Shown one piece after another: positions 18,921-27,978 of a DNA stretch of 64,000 bases (position 1 is the stretch's first letter; each line of letters starts with the position of its first letter). Below the pieces are notes generated by a model, which made no database searches, was not told the DNA's origin, and was given only the letters and a program-made list of their open reading frames with translations. The DNA is taken from positions 958 through 64,957 of the forward strand of contig JAFGBK010000107.1 in NCBI GenBank assembly GCA_016933175.1. Reading direction: 5' to 3'. The stretch is from Candidatus Krumholzibacteriota bacterium (lineage in GTDB: Bacteria; Krumholzibacteriota; Krumholzibacteriia; JACNKJ01). The translations under genes were made by a program, and so were the position numbers.

Positions 18921-19889
18921 ATGAAACGAAGCGCGCTGGCCCAGCTGGCCTGCCTGGTCCTTCTCGCCGCCGCCCTGCCCGCCCTGGCCGGCGAGGACGC
19001 GAAAGGGTACCTGGGCGTCACCCTGGCCGAGGTTGACGTAGAGACCGCCGACGACATGAACCTGGGCGACCGGCGCGGAGCCCTGATCCTGACCGTCTTC
19101 GACGATTCGCCGGCCGATGAGGCCGGTCTTGAGGCCGGCGACGTGGTTCTCGAGTTCGCGGGCGAGCACGTCGACGACGCCGAGGTGTTGACCGAACTCG
19201 TCCGCGCGCGCCAGCCGGGCGATGAGGTCAAGGTCAAGGTGCAGCGGGGCCGGAAGACCAGGACCTGCACCGTCACCCTCGCCGAGCGCGAGGAGCCCCA
19301 CCTCTTCGTCTACCGCGGGGGCGATGACGACGGAGACTTCACCTTCGACATCCAGGGTCTGCCCGGCATGGTCTGGATGGACCGGGGCGGCCTCCGGTCT
19401 GCGTTCGACTGGCGCGGCCTGACCCGCCTGGGCGTGGAGGCCCGCGACCTGGAGGCGCCCCTCGCGGCCTACTTCCCCAAGGTGGAGCGCGGCGCCCTGG
19501 TCCTCGGCGTCCAGGAGGAATCCCCCGCGGAGGCGGCGAAGCTCGAACCCGGCGACGTCATCGTCGAGCTGGACGGCCGGAGCGTCGGCGACCTGGACGA
19601 CCTGCACCACGCCGTGCGCAAGGCCGCCGGCAAGAAGGACGTGGCGCTCGTCTACATGCGCCAGGGCAAGCGGCTCACGGCCCATGTGGATCTCGAGGAC
19701 TCTCAGCGGGTGCTGAAGCGCCGCCTGCGCGGCGTCCCCCAGCGACTGCGGTTCCCTGGCGGCGAACCCAGGCACTGGCGCGCCTTCTTCGACCTCGACG
19801 AGAAGGACATGGACGAGCACCTGCAGGAGGCTCTGGAGCGCCTCGAGGAAAGACTGGAGCAGCTGGAGGAGAGGCTGGACGAGGACTGA
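18921..19889 (+). CDS. Exported tandem-PDZ domain protein without a protease domain
   Basis: Signal peptide; YLGVTL...SPADEAGLEAGDVVL and LGVE...SPAEAAKLEPGDVIV repeats; C-terminal heptad ERLEERLEQLEERL. Confidence 0.85.
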   Translation: MKRSALAQLACLVLLAAALPALAGEDAKGYLGVTLAEVDVETADDMNLGDRRGALILTVFDDSPADEAGLEAGDVVLEFAGEHVDDAEVLTELVRARQPGDEVKVKVQRGRKTRTCTVTLAEREEPHLFVYRGGDDDGDFTFDIQGLPGMVWMDRGGLRSAFDWRGLTRLGVEARDLEAPLAAYFPKVERGALVLGVQEESPAEAAKLEPGDVIVELDGRSVGDLDDLHHAVRKAAGKKDVALVYMRQGKRLTAHVDLEDSQRVLKRRLRGVPQRLRFPGGEPRHWRAFFDLDEKDMDEHLQEALERLEERLEQLEERLDED

Positions 19890-19916
19890 TCTCGGCAGAG
19901 AGGCCCCCACCACGAT

Positions 19917-19970
19917 TCCCCCGGGCCGGGGACGGGATCCAGCGATCCCGCCTGTCCCCGCCCGGGGGAA
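19917..19970 (+). terminator. Nested GC-rich hairpin after the PDZ gene
   Basis: TTCCCCGGG..GGGGAC.GGGATC-CAGC-GATCCC..GTCCCC.CCCGGGGGAA nested inverted repeats. Confidence 0.45.
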
Positions 19971-20065
19971 CGTGTTATAGTCCCGCCGCCGTGCGCGCCG
20001 CCCCGCCGCCGGTCCGATCCCGTGACCGGCGCGGCCGGGCGCGGACCGTCATCCCGGACCACGCC

Positions 20066-20782
20066 ATGGAAGACTACGCCTCCTACACACACGCGGACCC
20101 TTCCCGCGTCAAGCGGGCCCTGCACCGCCGTCGCTTCGCCGACGCCCTGCGCCTGCTGGACCTGGGCCCGGATGACACCCTCCTGGACCTGGGCTGCGGT
20201 GACGGCTTCCTGCTCTCCCTCGCCTCCGGCCGCCTGCCGGCCGGCCACCTGGCCGGCTACGAGCCCGCGCGGGAGATGGCCGAGCAGGCCCGCGCCCGCC
20301 TGGCACCCCTGGGCGTGCCGGTGGTCGGGGACCTGGCGGACCTGGGCGACCGGCGCTTCACGCGCCTGGCCTGCCTGGAGACCCTCGAGCACCTGCCGCC
20401 GGCGCCCCTCGCCGCGCTGCTCGCCGCCGCGGCGGCCCGCCTGGCGCCGGGCGGCTTCCTGCTGGCCAGCGTACCCGTGGAGATCGGCCCGCCGTCCCTG
20501 GCCAAGAACCTCTTCCGCCTGGCCCGCGCGCCGAGACGGCCCGATCTTGACGGCCGCCGCCTCCTGCGCGCCCTGCTGGGCCTGCCCAACGAGCGCGAGG
20601 CCGGCCAGGCCCTGAGCGGCCTGCCCTATCACTTCTCTCACGTGGGATTCGATCACCGGCGCCTGGAACGGCGGCTGGCCGCGGATTTCCGCATCCTCGC
20701 CCGGCGCGGCTCGCCCTGCTCCCGGCTCGGTCCGGCCTTCAACACGACGCTCTACTACCGCCTCGCGCCCAGGCACGCATAA
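20066..20782 (+). CDS. Class I SAM-dependent methyltransferase
   Basis: LLDLGCGDG motif I and CLETLEHL; ATG at 20066. Confidence 0.85.
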   Translation: MEDYASYTHADPSRVKRALHRRRFADALRLLDLGPDDTLLDLGCGDGFLLSLASGRLPAGHLAGYEPAREMAEQARARLAPLGVPVVGDLADLGDRRFTRLACLETLEHLPPAPLAALLAAAAARLAPGGFLLASVPVEIGPPSLAKNLFRLARAPRRPDLDGRRLLRALLGLPNEREAGQALSGLPYHFSHVGFDHRRLERRLAADFRILARRGSPCSRLGPAFNTTLYYRLAPRHA

Positions 20783-20803
20783 GCCGCGGCGACCGCGCAC
20801 GCT

Positions 20804-20901
20804 GACGCTGCCGAGGGACGTGACGGGAAGACCGCACATCGCTCCCGAGCCGACTTCGAAGCGGAGGCGCAGGGAGCGATGTGCGGTCTTCGTGCAGCGT
20901 C
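20804..20901. repeat. Perfect 20-bp inverted repeat with an outer 8-bp inverted repeat, between convergent genes
   Basis: GAAGACCGCACATCGCTCCC (20827-20846) pairs with 20872-20891; GACGCTGC (20804-20811) pairs with 20894-20901. Confidence 0.8.
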
Positions 20902-23900
20902 TATTTCAGCAGCGTCAGCTTGCGCGTCTCGACCTGGCTGTCCACCTGCAGCCGCGCGAAGTAGATGCCGCTCGCGACGGCGCGGGCGCTGTCGTCGCGT
21001 CCCTGCCAGCTCTGGACGTAGGTGCCCGCCGGCAGGGCTTCGTCCACGAGCTTGGCCACGAGCCGGCCGCGAACGTCGTGGATGCTCAGGCGCACGGGCC
21101 GCTGCCCCTCCCCCGTCAGCGTGAAGCGGATGTGGGTCTTCGGATTGAAGGGGTTCGGCCAGTTGCGGTCCAGGCGGACGACGCCCGGCGGTAGGTCCTC
21201 CTCGGCCACGTCGACCACCCAGTCGATGGCGTCGTAGTTGCCGCTGCGCGTGGCGTCGTGCTGGAAGGTGTACCAGGGCGTCGCCGCCGGATCGTAGAGC
21301 ACCGGGAACTCCCAGATGCGGACATACAGGTCCCAGCCGGCGACGATCATGTCCAGCTGCCCGTTCCCGTCGAAGTCGACGAAGGTGGGCGTCGTGCGCA
21401 GGAAGTCGTCGGCGCCCAGGGGGAAGCCGTCCACCGGCGTGCCGTCGTGGTGCCAGGCCTCGATGAGCGCATCCTCATTGGCCACGAAGACCTCGAAGTC
21501 CCCGTCGCCGTCCACGTCGGCCACGGAGGGCGACGCCACGGTGTAGTGGCTCGTCGTGCGCGGCCAGCCCGGCAGCAGGGTGCCATCGGCGTCGAACCAG
21601 GCCACGTCCATGTGCTCGTTGTTGTGGACGCCGCAGACGAAGATCTCCGGGTAGCCGTCGCCGGTCAGGTCGGCCAGGGCGGGGCTGGGCGCCAGGCCCC
21701 AGTTGTTGTTGAACCAGTAGACGGGCCAGCCCGGATGGCGCGAGCCGTCGTGGTCGAGCACGTAGAGGGAGTCGTTCTCCGCCGGGAAGACGATCTCCGG
21801 CAGGCCGTCCCCGTCCACGTCGCCGATGGCGGGGCTGCAGTACATCTCCATGCCGGTGTCAAAGGGGAAGCCGTCCACCAGCGTGCCGTCCGCGTGCCAG
21901 GCGTAGAGATAGCCGGTCATGGAGCAGATGAAGATCTCGTTGGCGCGATCGCCGTCCACGTCGCCGAAGGCGCAGGTGGAGCGCAGCCAGCCGCCGAGCC
22001 CCGTGGCGAAGACGCCCTGGGTCAGCGGGTTGTTGTCGCCATCGATCAGCTCCGTGCCGTCGTGGTGCCAGGCCAGGAGGTGGCCGCCCACGTCGGAGGC
22101 GAAGATCTCCATGTCGCTGTCGCCGTCCACGTCCGCCACGGAGGGCGTACCGTAGATGCCGTAGCTGTGGGCGATGCTGCGCGGCCAGCCCGGCGCCACC
22201 GTGGCCTCGATGCTGATGCCGGTGCCGTTGATCTCCCAGACATAGATCTCGGCCGTGTCCCAGCTGCCGCCGATCAGCTCGACGCCGGCGCGGCCGGGAA
22301 TGACGTTGGCTGCCGTCAGGGAGCAGTTGATGTAGTTATGGCCGTCGGTGATGAGCGGGCCGTGGGTATAGGGATCGCCGTCGCCGTCGGCCAGCTCGGT
22401 GCCATCGGGATGGAACGCGTAGATGACATCGGCGCCCACCAGCAGCTCGTTCCTGCCGTCGCCGGTGAAATCGGCGACGACGGGCGTGCCGGCCGTCCAC
22501 TCGTAGAGACGCTGCGGCCAGCCGAGCAGCTGCGGCACGTTCGTCGTCACCTTGAGCGAGTCCGAGAGCACGCCCGTCAGGCCGGCTGCGGAGAGGGTCT
22601 GGACGCGGTACCAGTACTGCGTGAAGGTGTCCAGCCCCTCGTCCTCGTAGGTGCAGCTCCGCATCCAGTGCGTGGAGATCTCGGCGTAGGGCCCCCCGGC
22701 TTCGGCCGCGCGCAGGACGATGTAGGCGTAGGCGTCTTCGCTGCCGGGCGGCGTCCAGTCGATGATGACGCGGGAGGCGTCCGAGCCGTACTCCGAGCTC
22801 AGCTCCGTGGCCGGTGCCGCGGGGCGCGCCAGGAGCATGGTCAGGCTGTCGCTGTGGCCGAGGCCGTCGGCCAGGACGAGGAGCAGCTCGGGCGGCTCCG
22901 GCCCGCCGCGGCTCACCTCGAAGAGCGCCGGACCGAGGCCCAGGCTGAGGGAATCGAGGTCGCCCAGGACGGCCACGCCCTGTGTCACGGTCAGGCTGCT
23001 GCCCGCCGTCGGCTCGATGGTGGCCGTCACGTCCGGCGCCGTGGCGCGGCCGTAGTTGGCCAGGCTGATGCCGACCGCCGCCGCCTCCCCCTCCTCGAGA
23101 TCGCCGTCGCCGTCGCCCTGGGCCGTGTCGTCCAGCTCGGTGCGGTACAGGGCAAGCAGCGGCGCCGCGGCCTCGAGGTAGAAGTCGTCCTCTGTGGTGA
23201 CCTCCGTGCAGGTGATGGACAGCGTGAAGGGCAGAATGGCGTCGTCCGCCACGTCACCCAGCTGCACGAGGTAGGGATCGCCGCCGTCGCTGGTGTTGCC
23301 CGCGAGGATGGTGCCGTAGGTGTCCGTGGAGTCGAGCACCGTCACGGCCGGATCGGCGCAGCGCAGGACGGCCCCGGTGTTGCTGGCCCAGAAGGTGCCG
23401 TTGTTCTGCAGGGTGATGGTCAGGCGCACGATCTCGCCGCGCTCGGGCACGCCGTTGCCGTTGCCCGCCACCGTACCGTCGGCGACGTCGTCCACGGCCA
23501 CCAGCGCGGCGGAGAGCAGGGGCTCGCCGCTGGGCGCCAGTACGTCCACCGTGCCGTTGACCGGCGTGGCGTCGCGCGCCGTGACCCGGATCTGGTAGCG
23601 TCCCCCGGTCTCGGGATTGGGCGCGAACTCCACCTGCCCGGCCGTGTCGGTGACGCCGCGCAGGTAGTCCTCGTCGCCGCGACGCAGGGTCACCTGGGCC
23701 CCGGGGCGCGGCAGCAGGCTGACGCGGTCCGTGATGGTGACCACCAGCGGGCCGCTGCCCGCCACGTGGGTCGGCGGCGTTTCGATGGCCAGCGAGTCCA
23801 GAAGGGTCCAGTGCAGCCAGTTGCTGGGGTCGGCCAGAAGCGTATGGGAGGTGTGGGCCCAGCGATAGCCGCCGCCTTCCAGCGTCTCCGGCTCGAAGTT

Positions 23901-25622
23901 GTTCAGCATGCCCGTGTAGATCTCGCCCAGCCGCAGGTCCGGGTTGCTGGTGAACAGGTCGAAGAAGACGTCCTGGTACAGCGAGCTCACGGTGGGGAAG
24001 GTCTCGCGCGTCGAGCCGATGACCGCGAAGGCGCCGCCGCTGTCATGGAAAAGGAAGGACTCCGCGAGGCAGTTGAAATCGAAGGCCGCCGCCGTGCAGT
24101 TGACCATGTAGAGCAGGAAGGTCCGGTCGCCGTTGGGCAGGGCATTGATCATGTTCGACGTGATGCTGCCGTTGGCGACGCTCATGGTCTGCCGCATGCC
24201 GTGGCCGTGGTGGACGACGATGTTCTGCCCCGCACCCATGGAGTCCAGCGCGGCCTGGACGCTCAGCGGCTCGCAGCCGGGGTAGTCGGCCGTGTTCTCG
24301 TAGAGGCGCGTGACGTCCTGGTCGGGCCCCATGTACTTCACGTAGAGCGACTCGCAGTACTCCGCCCCGTCGATGGTGATGTTGGGATTGGTGGGATAGT
24401 CCAGGGGGAAGAGCACCTCGCCCAGGAGTAGGACCCGGTTCTGGTAGGGAGCGGCGGTGCCCTGCATGTACGTTTCGCTCTTGGTCAAGATGGCCGCGAC
24501 CTCGTCCCGCGTGCCGGCGGGCAGGCGGCCGACGATGACCTCGGGCAGGAGGTCCGTCTCGTCGCCCCAGTCGCCGATGGCGGTGTCCGCATCCTCGGCC
24601 CAGAAGGCGTTGTGGTTGGCGTTCCAGTCGCCGTCCAGGCAGCCGAAGTAGAGGTCCGAGGGCGACTCGCGCGGATCGAAGAAGATGTCGGTGTAGACCA
24701 TGCGCGAGGGGATCTGCTCCACATCGGCCACGATGAGCAGGAAGCGCAGCGACCACTTCTCGTAGGCGTCGACGACGAAGTTCCGAACCAGCTCGGCGCG
24801 GTCGCTGCCGAAGGGGTAGCGCTGCTCGATCCACTCCAGCGTGCGCACGACCGTCGGCAGGCCGTAGGAGGTCTTCAGATCGGCGTAGCCCGCGCAGAGG
24901 TCCGCGAAGGAGTCCACGGTGACGATGACCATTTCCACGGCGCTGCCCTCGATGCTGGGCACCTCGGTGGGGAAGTCGCCGCCGCCGGCCGCCCGCGGCA
25001 CCGCGGGCGGCAGCGATCCGGGATTGAGCAGGCCCGCGCCGAGGGAGGCGAGGATGCGCTCGTGCAGGGGAAAATCCGGGCGCAGAGGAGTCCGCGCGGT
25101 CGCCGGCCCGTCGAAGTCGGTGACCAGGCGCAGGCGCGCGCCGCGCAGGACCAGCAGGCGGCCCGCCTCGGCGCGCAGGGGCGTCAGGGCCAGGGCCTGG
25201 AAGCTCCGCCCGTGCAGGTGGCGCGGCGGCGAGAGCTGCAGGGGATAGTCAGCGAACCAGAGGGGCCCTTCGCCGGCGCCACGGACAGCGCTGCCTTCGG
25301 AACCGCGCAGGGGCAGACGGCGCGGCGCGCGCGACAGCTCGGCCACCGGCGCCTCATCGACATCCACCAGGCTGGCGGCGACGATGCGCTCGCCCGGCGC
25401 CAGGGCCCACCACCAGGTGAGCGTGGGCGCCAGGGCCCGGTCGGCTCCGGGATCGGCCAGGACGTCGGCGAGCCACCGCCCCACGGCGGTCTGCGGATCG
25501 CGGGCCTCATCCAGAGGCAGCGCGACCTCGTGGACCGCGGCGCCGGCCGGGAGGGCGGTCGCGAGAAACAGGCTGGCGAGCAGGAGCGGGAACAGGCGCT
25601 TCGGGCGTCGGGTGCGTGACAT
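20901..25622 (-). CDS. Gingipain-like C25 cysteine peptidase with Ig/FN3, FG-GAP repeats and FlgD-Ig CTD (paralog 1, 1573 aa)
   Basis: Signal peptide; C25 motifs SDLYFGCLDG, VGRLP, HHGHG and MVNC; repeats SPA(I/L)GDVDGDG; C-terminal NWPNPFNP...WQGRD...ASGIYF...RKLTLLK. Confidence 0.88.
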   Translation of the reverse strand: MSRTRRPKRLFPLLLASLFLATALPAGAAVHEVALPLDEARDPQTAVGRWLADVLADPGADRALAPTLTWWWALAPGERIVAASLVDVDEAPVAELSRAPRRLPLRGSEGSAVRGAGEGPLWFADYPLQLSPPRHLHGRSFQALALTPLRAEAGRLLVLRGARLRLVTDFDGPATARTPLRPDFPLHERILASLGAGLLNPGSLPPAVPRAAGGGDFPTEVPSIEGSAVEMVIVTVDSFADLCAGYADLKTSYGLPTVVRTLEWIEQRYPFGSDRAELVRNFVVDAYEKWSLRFLLIVADVEQIPSRMVYTDIFFDPRESPSDLYFGCLDGDWNANHNAFWAEDADTAIGDWGDETDLLPEVIVGRLPAGTRDEVAAILTKSETYMQGTAAPYQNRVLLLGEVLFPLDYPTNPNITIDGAEYCESLYVKYMGPDQDVTRLYENTADYPGCEPLSVQAALDSMGAGQNIVVHHGHGMRQTMSVANGSITSNMINALPNGDRTFLLYMVNCTAAAFDFNCLAESFLFHDSGGAFAVIGSTRETFPTVSSLYQDVFFDLFTSNPDLRLGEIYTGMLNNFEPETLEGGGYRWAHTSHTLLADPSNWLHWTLLDSLAIETPPTHVAGSGPLVVTITDRVSLLPRPGAQVTLRRGDEDYLRGVTDTAGQVEFAPNPETGGRYQIRVTARDATPVNGTVDVLAPSGEPLLSAALVAVDDVADGTVAGNGNGVPERGEIVRLTITLQNNGTFWASNTGAVLRCADPAVTVLDSTDTYGTILAGNTSDGGDPYLVQLGDVADDAILPFTLSITCTEVTTEDDFYLEAAAPLLALYRTELDDTAQGDGDGDLEEGEAAAVGISLANYGRATAPDVTATIEPTAGSSLTVTQGVAVLGDLDSLSLGLGPALFEVSRGGPEPPELLLVLADGLGHSDSLTMLLARPAAPATELSSEYGSDASRVIIDWTPPGSEDAYAYIVLRAAEAGGPYAEISTHWMRSCTYEDEGLDTFTQYWYRVQTLSAAGLTGVLSDSLKVTTNVPQLLGWPQRLYEWTAGTPVVADFTGDGRNELLVGADVIYAFHPDGTELADGDGDPYTHGPLITDGHNYINCSLTAANVIPGRAGVELIGGSWDTAEIYVWEINGTGISIEATVAPGWPRSIAHSYGIYGTPSVADVDGDSDMEIFASDVGGHLLAWHHDGTELIDGDNNPLTQGVFATGLGGWLRSTCAFGDVDGDRANEIFICSMTGYLYAWHADGTLVDGFPFDTGMEMYCSPAIGDVDGDGLPEIVFPAENDSLYVLDHDGSRHPGWPVYWFNNNWGLAPSPALADLTGDGYPEIFVCGVHNNEHMDVAWFDADGTLLPGWPRTTSHYTVASPSVADVDGDGDFEVFVANEDALIEAWHHDGTPVDGFPLGADDFLRTTPTFVDFDGNGQLDMIVAGWDLYVRIWEFPVLYDPAATPWYTFQHDATRSGNYDAIDWVVDVAEEDLPPGVVRLDRNWPNPFNPKTHIRFTLTGEGQRPVRLSIHDVRGRLVAKLVDEALPAGTYVQSWQGRDDSARAVASGIYFARLQVDSQVETRKLTLLK

Positions 25623-25683
25623 CGATCCGTCCTTCTCAGGATGAGGGGGAAAGAACCACTCCATAACTCTACAGGGGAGTATA

Positions 25684-25713
25684 ATTTTACCATGCCCGGC
25701 GGCAGGCCGCCAA
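25684..25713 (-). promoter_or_regulatory. Extended -10 promoter of C25 paralog 1
   Basis: TTGGCG (25713-25708), 18-nt spacer, TGg-TAAAAT (25689-25684). Confidence 0.5.
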
Positions 25714-25748
25714 CGTCCGGTTGCCGCGAGGCCTTTCTTTACGGGGAA

Positions 25749-26528
25749 TTACAGGCCGCGACGTGCCTTTTCCAGGAACTCGCGCTCCTCGCGCGTCAGG
25801 GAGCCCAGGCCTTCCCGGTTCACCTTGTCGAGGATCTCGTCCACGCGGCGGCGCAGGGCGCGCTGGCGCTCGATGTCGCGGCGCCGGCGCCGTCCCTCGA
25901 GGTCGACGAAGGAGCGCCGGTACCAGCCCGTCTTCATCAGCACGTAGCCCGAGGCGAGGCCGCCGATGTGGGCCAGGTGGGCGATGCTCCCGCCCCCCTG
26001 GATGGCGCCGAAGATGTCCAGGGCCGCCACCAGCCAGACGAAGTAGCGCACCTTCATGGGGATGATCAGGAAGGCCAGGATGATGCGGTCCGGGAAGAGG
26101 ACCCCGTAGGCCGCCAGGACGCCCAGGACCGCGCCGCTGGCGCCCAGGATGAGGGCCTTCCACATGAACAGGCTGCAGAGACCCGCCACCAGGCCCGAGA
26201 CCAGGTAGAGGCGCAGGAAGGCGCGCCGGCCGATGGTCATCTCGACCTCGCGGCCGAACATCCACAGCACGAACATGTTGAACAGGATGTGGAGAAAGCC
26301 CCCGTGCAGGAACATGTAGGTGAAGATCTGCCAGACCATGCCCCGCATGAATCCCGTCGCGGGCTGCAGCGCGAACAGCATCAGGAACGACTGGTAGAAG
26401 CGCGTCCGCATGAGGACGAGCTGGACGACGAAGATCAGCCCGTTGATGGCCAGCAGGCGCAGGGTCCAGGGATAGGGGCTGTCGCCGAAGGGCAGGGGAT
26501 CGCGCCGCCCGCCGCCGTAGTAGCTCAC
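25749..26528 (-). CDS. Rhomboid family intramembrane serine protease with a short cytoplasmic C-terminal domain
   Basis: WQIFTYMFLHGG..HILFNM, GASG (catalytic Ser), AHLAHIGG (His); tail VDEILDKVNREGLGSLT; GTG at 26528. Confidence 0.92.
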   Translation of the reverse strand: MSYYGGGRRDPLPFGDSPYPWTLRLLAINGLIFVVQLVLMRTRFYQSFLMLFALQPATGFMRGMVWQIFTYMFLHGGFLHILFNMFVLWMFGREVEMTIGRRAFLRLYLVSGLVAGLCSLFMWKALILGASGAVLGVLAAYGVLFPDRIILAFLIIPMKVRYFVWLVAALDIFGAIQGGGSIAHLAHIGGLASGYVLMKTGWYRRSFVDLEGRRRRRDIERQRALRRRVDEILDKVNREGLGSLTREEREFLEKARRGL

Positions 26529-27046
26529 GTGTCGAACCTCGCGCCGAAGGTGATGAGCAGCCCCGAACCGGTGAAGCTGCCGCCCGAGTACTCCAGGGCC
26601 CGGTTGACGAACAGGGCCTGGAGGAGCCACCGCTCGCCCAGGCGCCATTCCAGGCCGGCCTCGAGGGTGGCCGTCCAGCGGGAGGCGTGCTCGCCGCCCG
26701 CGGACCACCAGAGCCCGTGCTGCCCGAAGCCGCCGGCCACGAACCAGCGACGCGGTCCCCGCTCCAGCAGGTAGCGGCGCAGACTCAGCTCGGCGCCCTC
26801 GATATGGCCGACGCCGTCGGCCACGATGCGGTTGTAGCGCACCGCCAGGCCGAAGCGGCGCGCCGCCAGACCCCGGGAGAGCCCGGCCAGGTCCGCGGGC
26901 TCGAACAGGCCCTCGGCGCTGGCGCCCCAGGCCGCGTGGCTCGCGTCGTAGAGGTAGAAGGCGTCGCCGCCCAGGCTGTAGGCCATCGCGCCGGCGGCGA
27001 CGGGCGAGGCGAGGACCGCCGCGACCAGCAGGGCGGCCGCCCTCAC
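26525..27046 (-). CDS. Small exported protein, probable outer-membrane beta-barrel
   Basis: Signal peptide, alternating hydrophobic beta-strand pattern, C-terminal ITFGARF-DT; coupled by 4-nt overlaps on both sides. Confidence 0.55.
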   Translation of the reverse strand: MRAAALLVAAVLASPVAAGAMAYSLGGDAFYLYDASHAAWGASAEGLFEPADLAGLSRGLAARRFGLAVRYNRIVADGVGHIEGAELSLRRYLLERGPRRWFVAGGFGQHGLWWSAGGEHASRWTATLEAGLEWRLGERWLLQALFVNRALEYSGGSFTGSGLLITFGARFDT

Positions 27047-27978
27047 GGCCCGCCGCCCCGCCAGAGGAGGGCCAGCCGGTGCTCCGAGCCGGGTCCCTCG
27101 CCGCCGTCGAAGGCGGCGCCGTAGTCCAGGCGGAAGGCGCCGAGGCCCAGGCCGAATCCCAGCGAGGGGGTCCAGCGCGCCTCCCCCAGCCCGTGCCGGG
27201 CGAGTCCACCGCGCAGAATCAGGCGGCCGGGCCACGCGTCCCACTCGGCGCCGAGGGCGATGCGCTCCCAGGTCGCGAAGCGATGACGCCCCAGGCACTC
27301 GGCCGCCACGCGCCAGGGCAGGCGCGCCGCCAGGGCGAGGACCTGGGCCGGCTCGCGGCGCCGGTCCTCGCCGCCCTCCCACCGGAAGCGGTGGTGGAGG
27401 TCCTCGGCGACGTAGCCGACCTCCAGGGCCGGGTGCAGGACCACCGCGCGCAGGCCGACGCTCAGGGAGACGGCGCGGCCGACATCGGCGCCGTCGTCGT
27501 GGCCGCCGCCGGCGAGGCTGCCGCGCGCCCCCATCGAGAGCCAGCGCATGGGGCTCCAGGCCAGGCCGCCGGCCAGGGTCCATTCGCCCCAGACCGACTC
27601 GTCGGCCAGGGTGGCGCCGAGGTACTGGAAGGCGCCGGCCGCGGCGCCCAGGCTCGTGGGCGTCCGCTCGCTCGCCAGGGGCGGACGGTGGCCGGTGCTC
27701 CAGCCCAGGACCGTCGAGGAGAGGTAGAGGTCGGGGCCGCCGCCCAGGCGGCGCAGGCTGGCGCCCACCTCCCAGCCGTCCATGCCCACCAGGGAGGCGG
27801 GCTGTGTGAACAGGGCCTCCGCGCCCGGCGCCAGCAGGGTGGCCGCGCCGCCCATGGCCAGGTCGCGCGCGCCGTGCTCCCAGAGCCGGAAGCTGCCCCC
27901 CAGCGAGCCCGCCCCGGCCGAGGGAGCCAGGAGCGCCAGCAGGCAGGCGGCCGCGAGGATGCGCCTAGTCGCGGACAA
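27043..27978 (-). CDS. PorV/PorQ-like outer-membrane beta-barrel
   Basis: FRLWEHGARDLAMGGA, ALFTQPASL and LDYGAAF...HRLALLW motifs; probable TTG start at 27978. Confidence 0.78.
   Translation of the reverse strand: MSATRRILAAACLLALLAPSAGAGSLGGSFRLWEHGARDLAMGGAATLLAPGAEALFTQPASLVGMDGWEVGASLRRLGGGPDLYLSSTVLGWSTGHRPPLASERTPTSLGAAAGAFQYLGATLADESVWGEWTLAGGLAWSPMRWLSMGARGSLAGGGHDDGADVGRAVSLSVGLRAVVLHPALEVGYVAEDLHHRFRWEGGEDRRREPAQVLALAARLPWRVAAECLGRHRFATWERIALGAEWDAWPGRLILRGGLARHGLGEARWTPSLGFGLGLGAFRLDYGAAFDGGEGPGSEHRLALLWRGGGP

Noticed and set aside
21300-22500. Recurring gtcgccgtccacgtc-like DNA repeats here and at about 44850-45960
   Set aside because: They are coding repeats for the FG-GAP motif DVDGDG, not a CRISPR array or non-coding repeat; there is no constant repeat-spacer periodicity and no cas genes.
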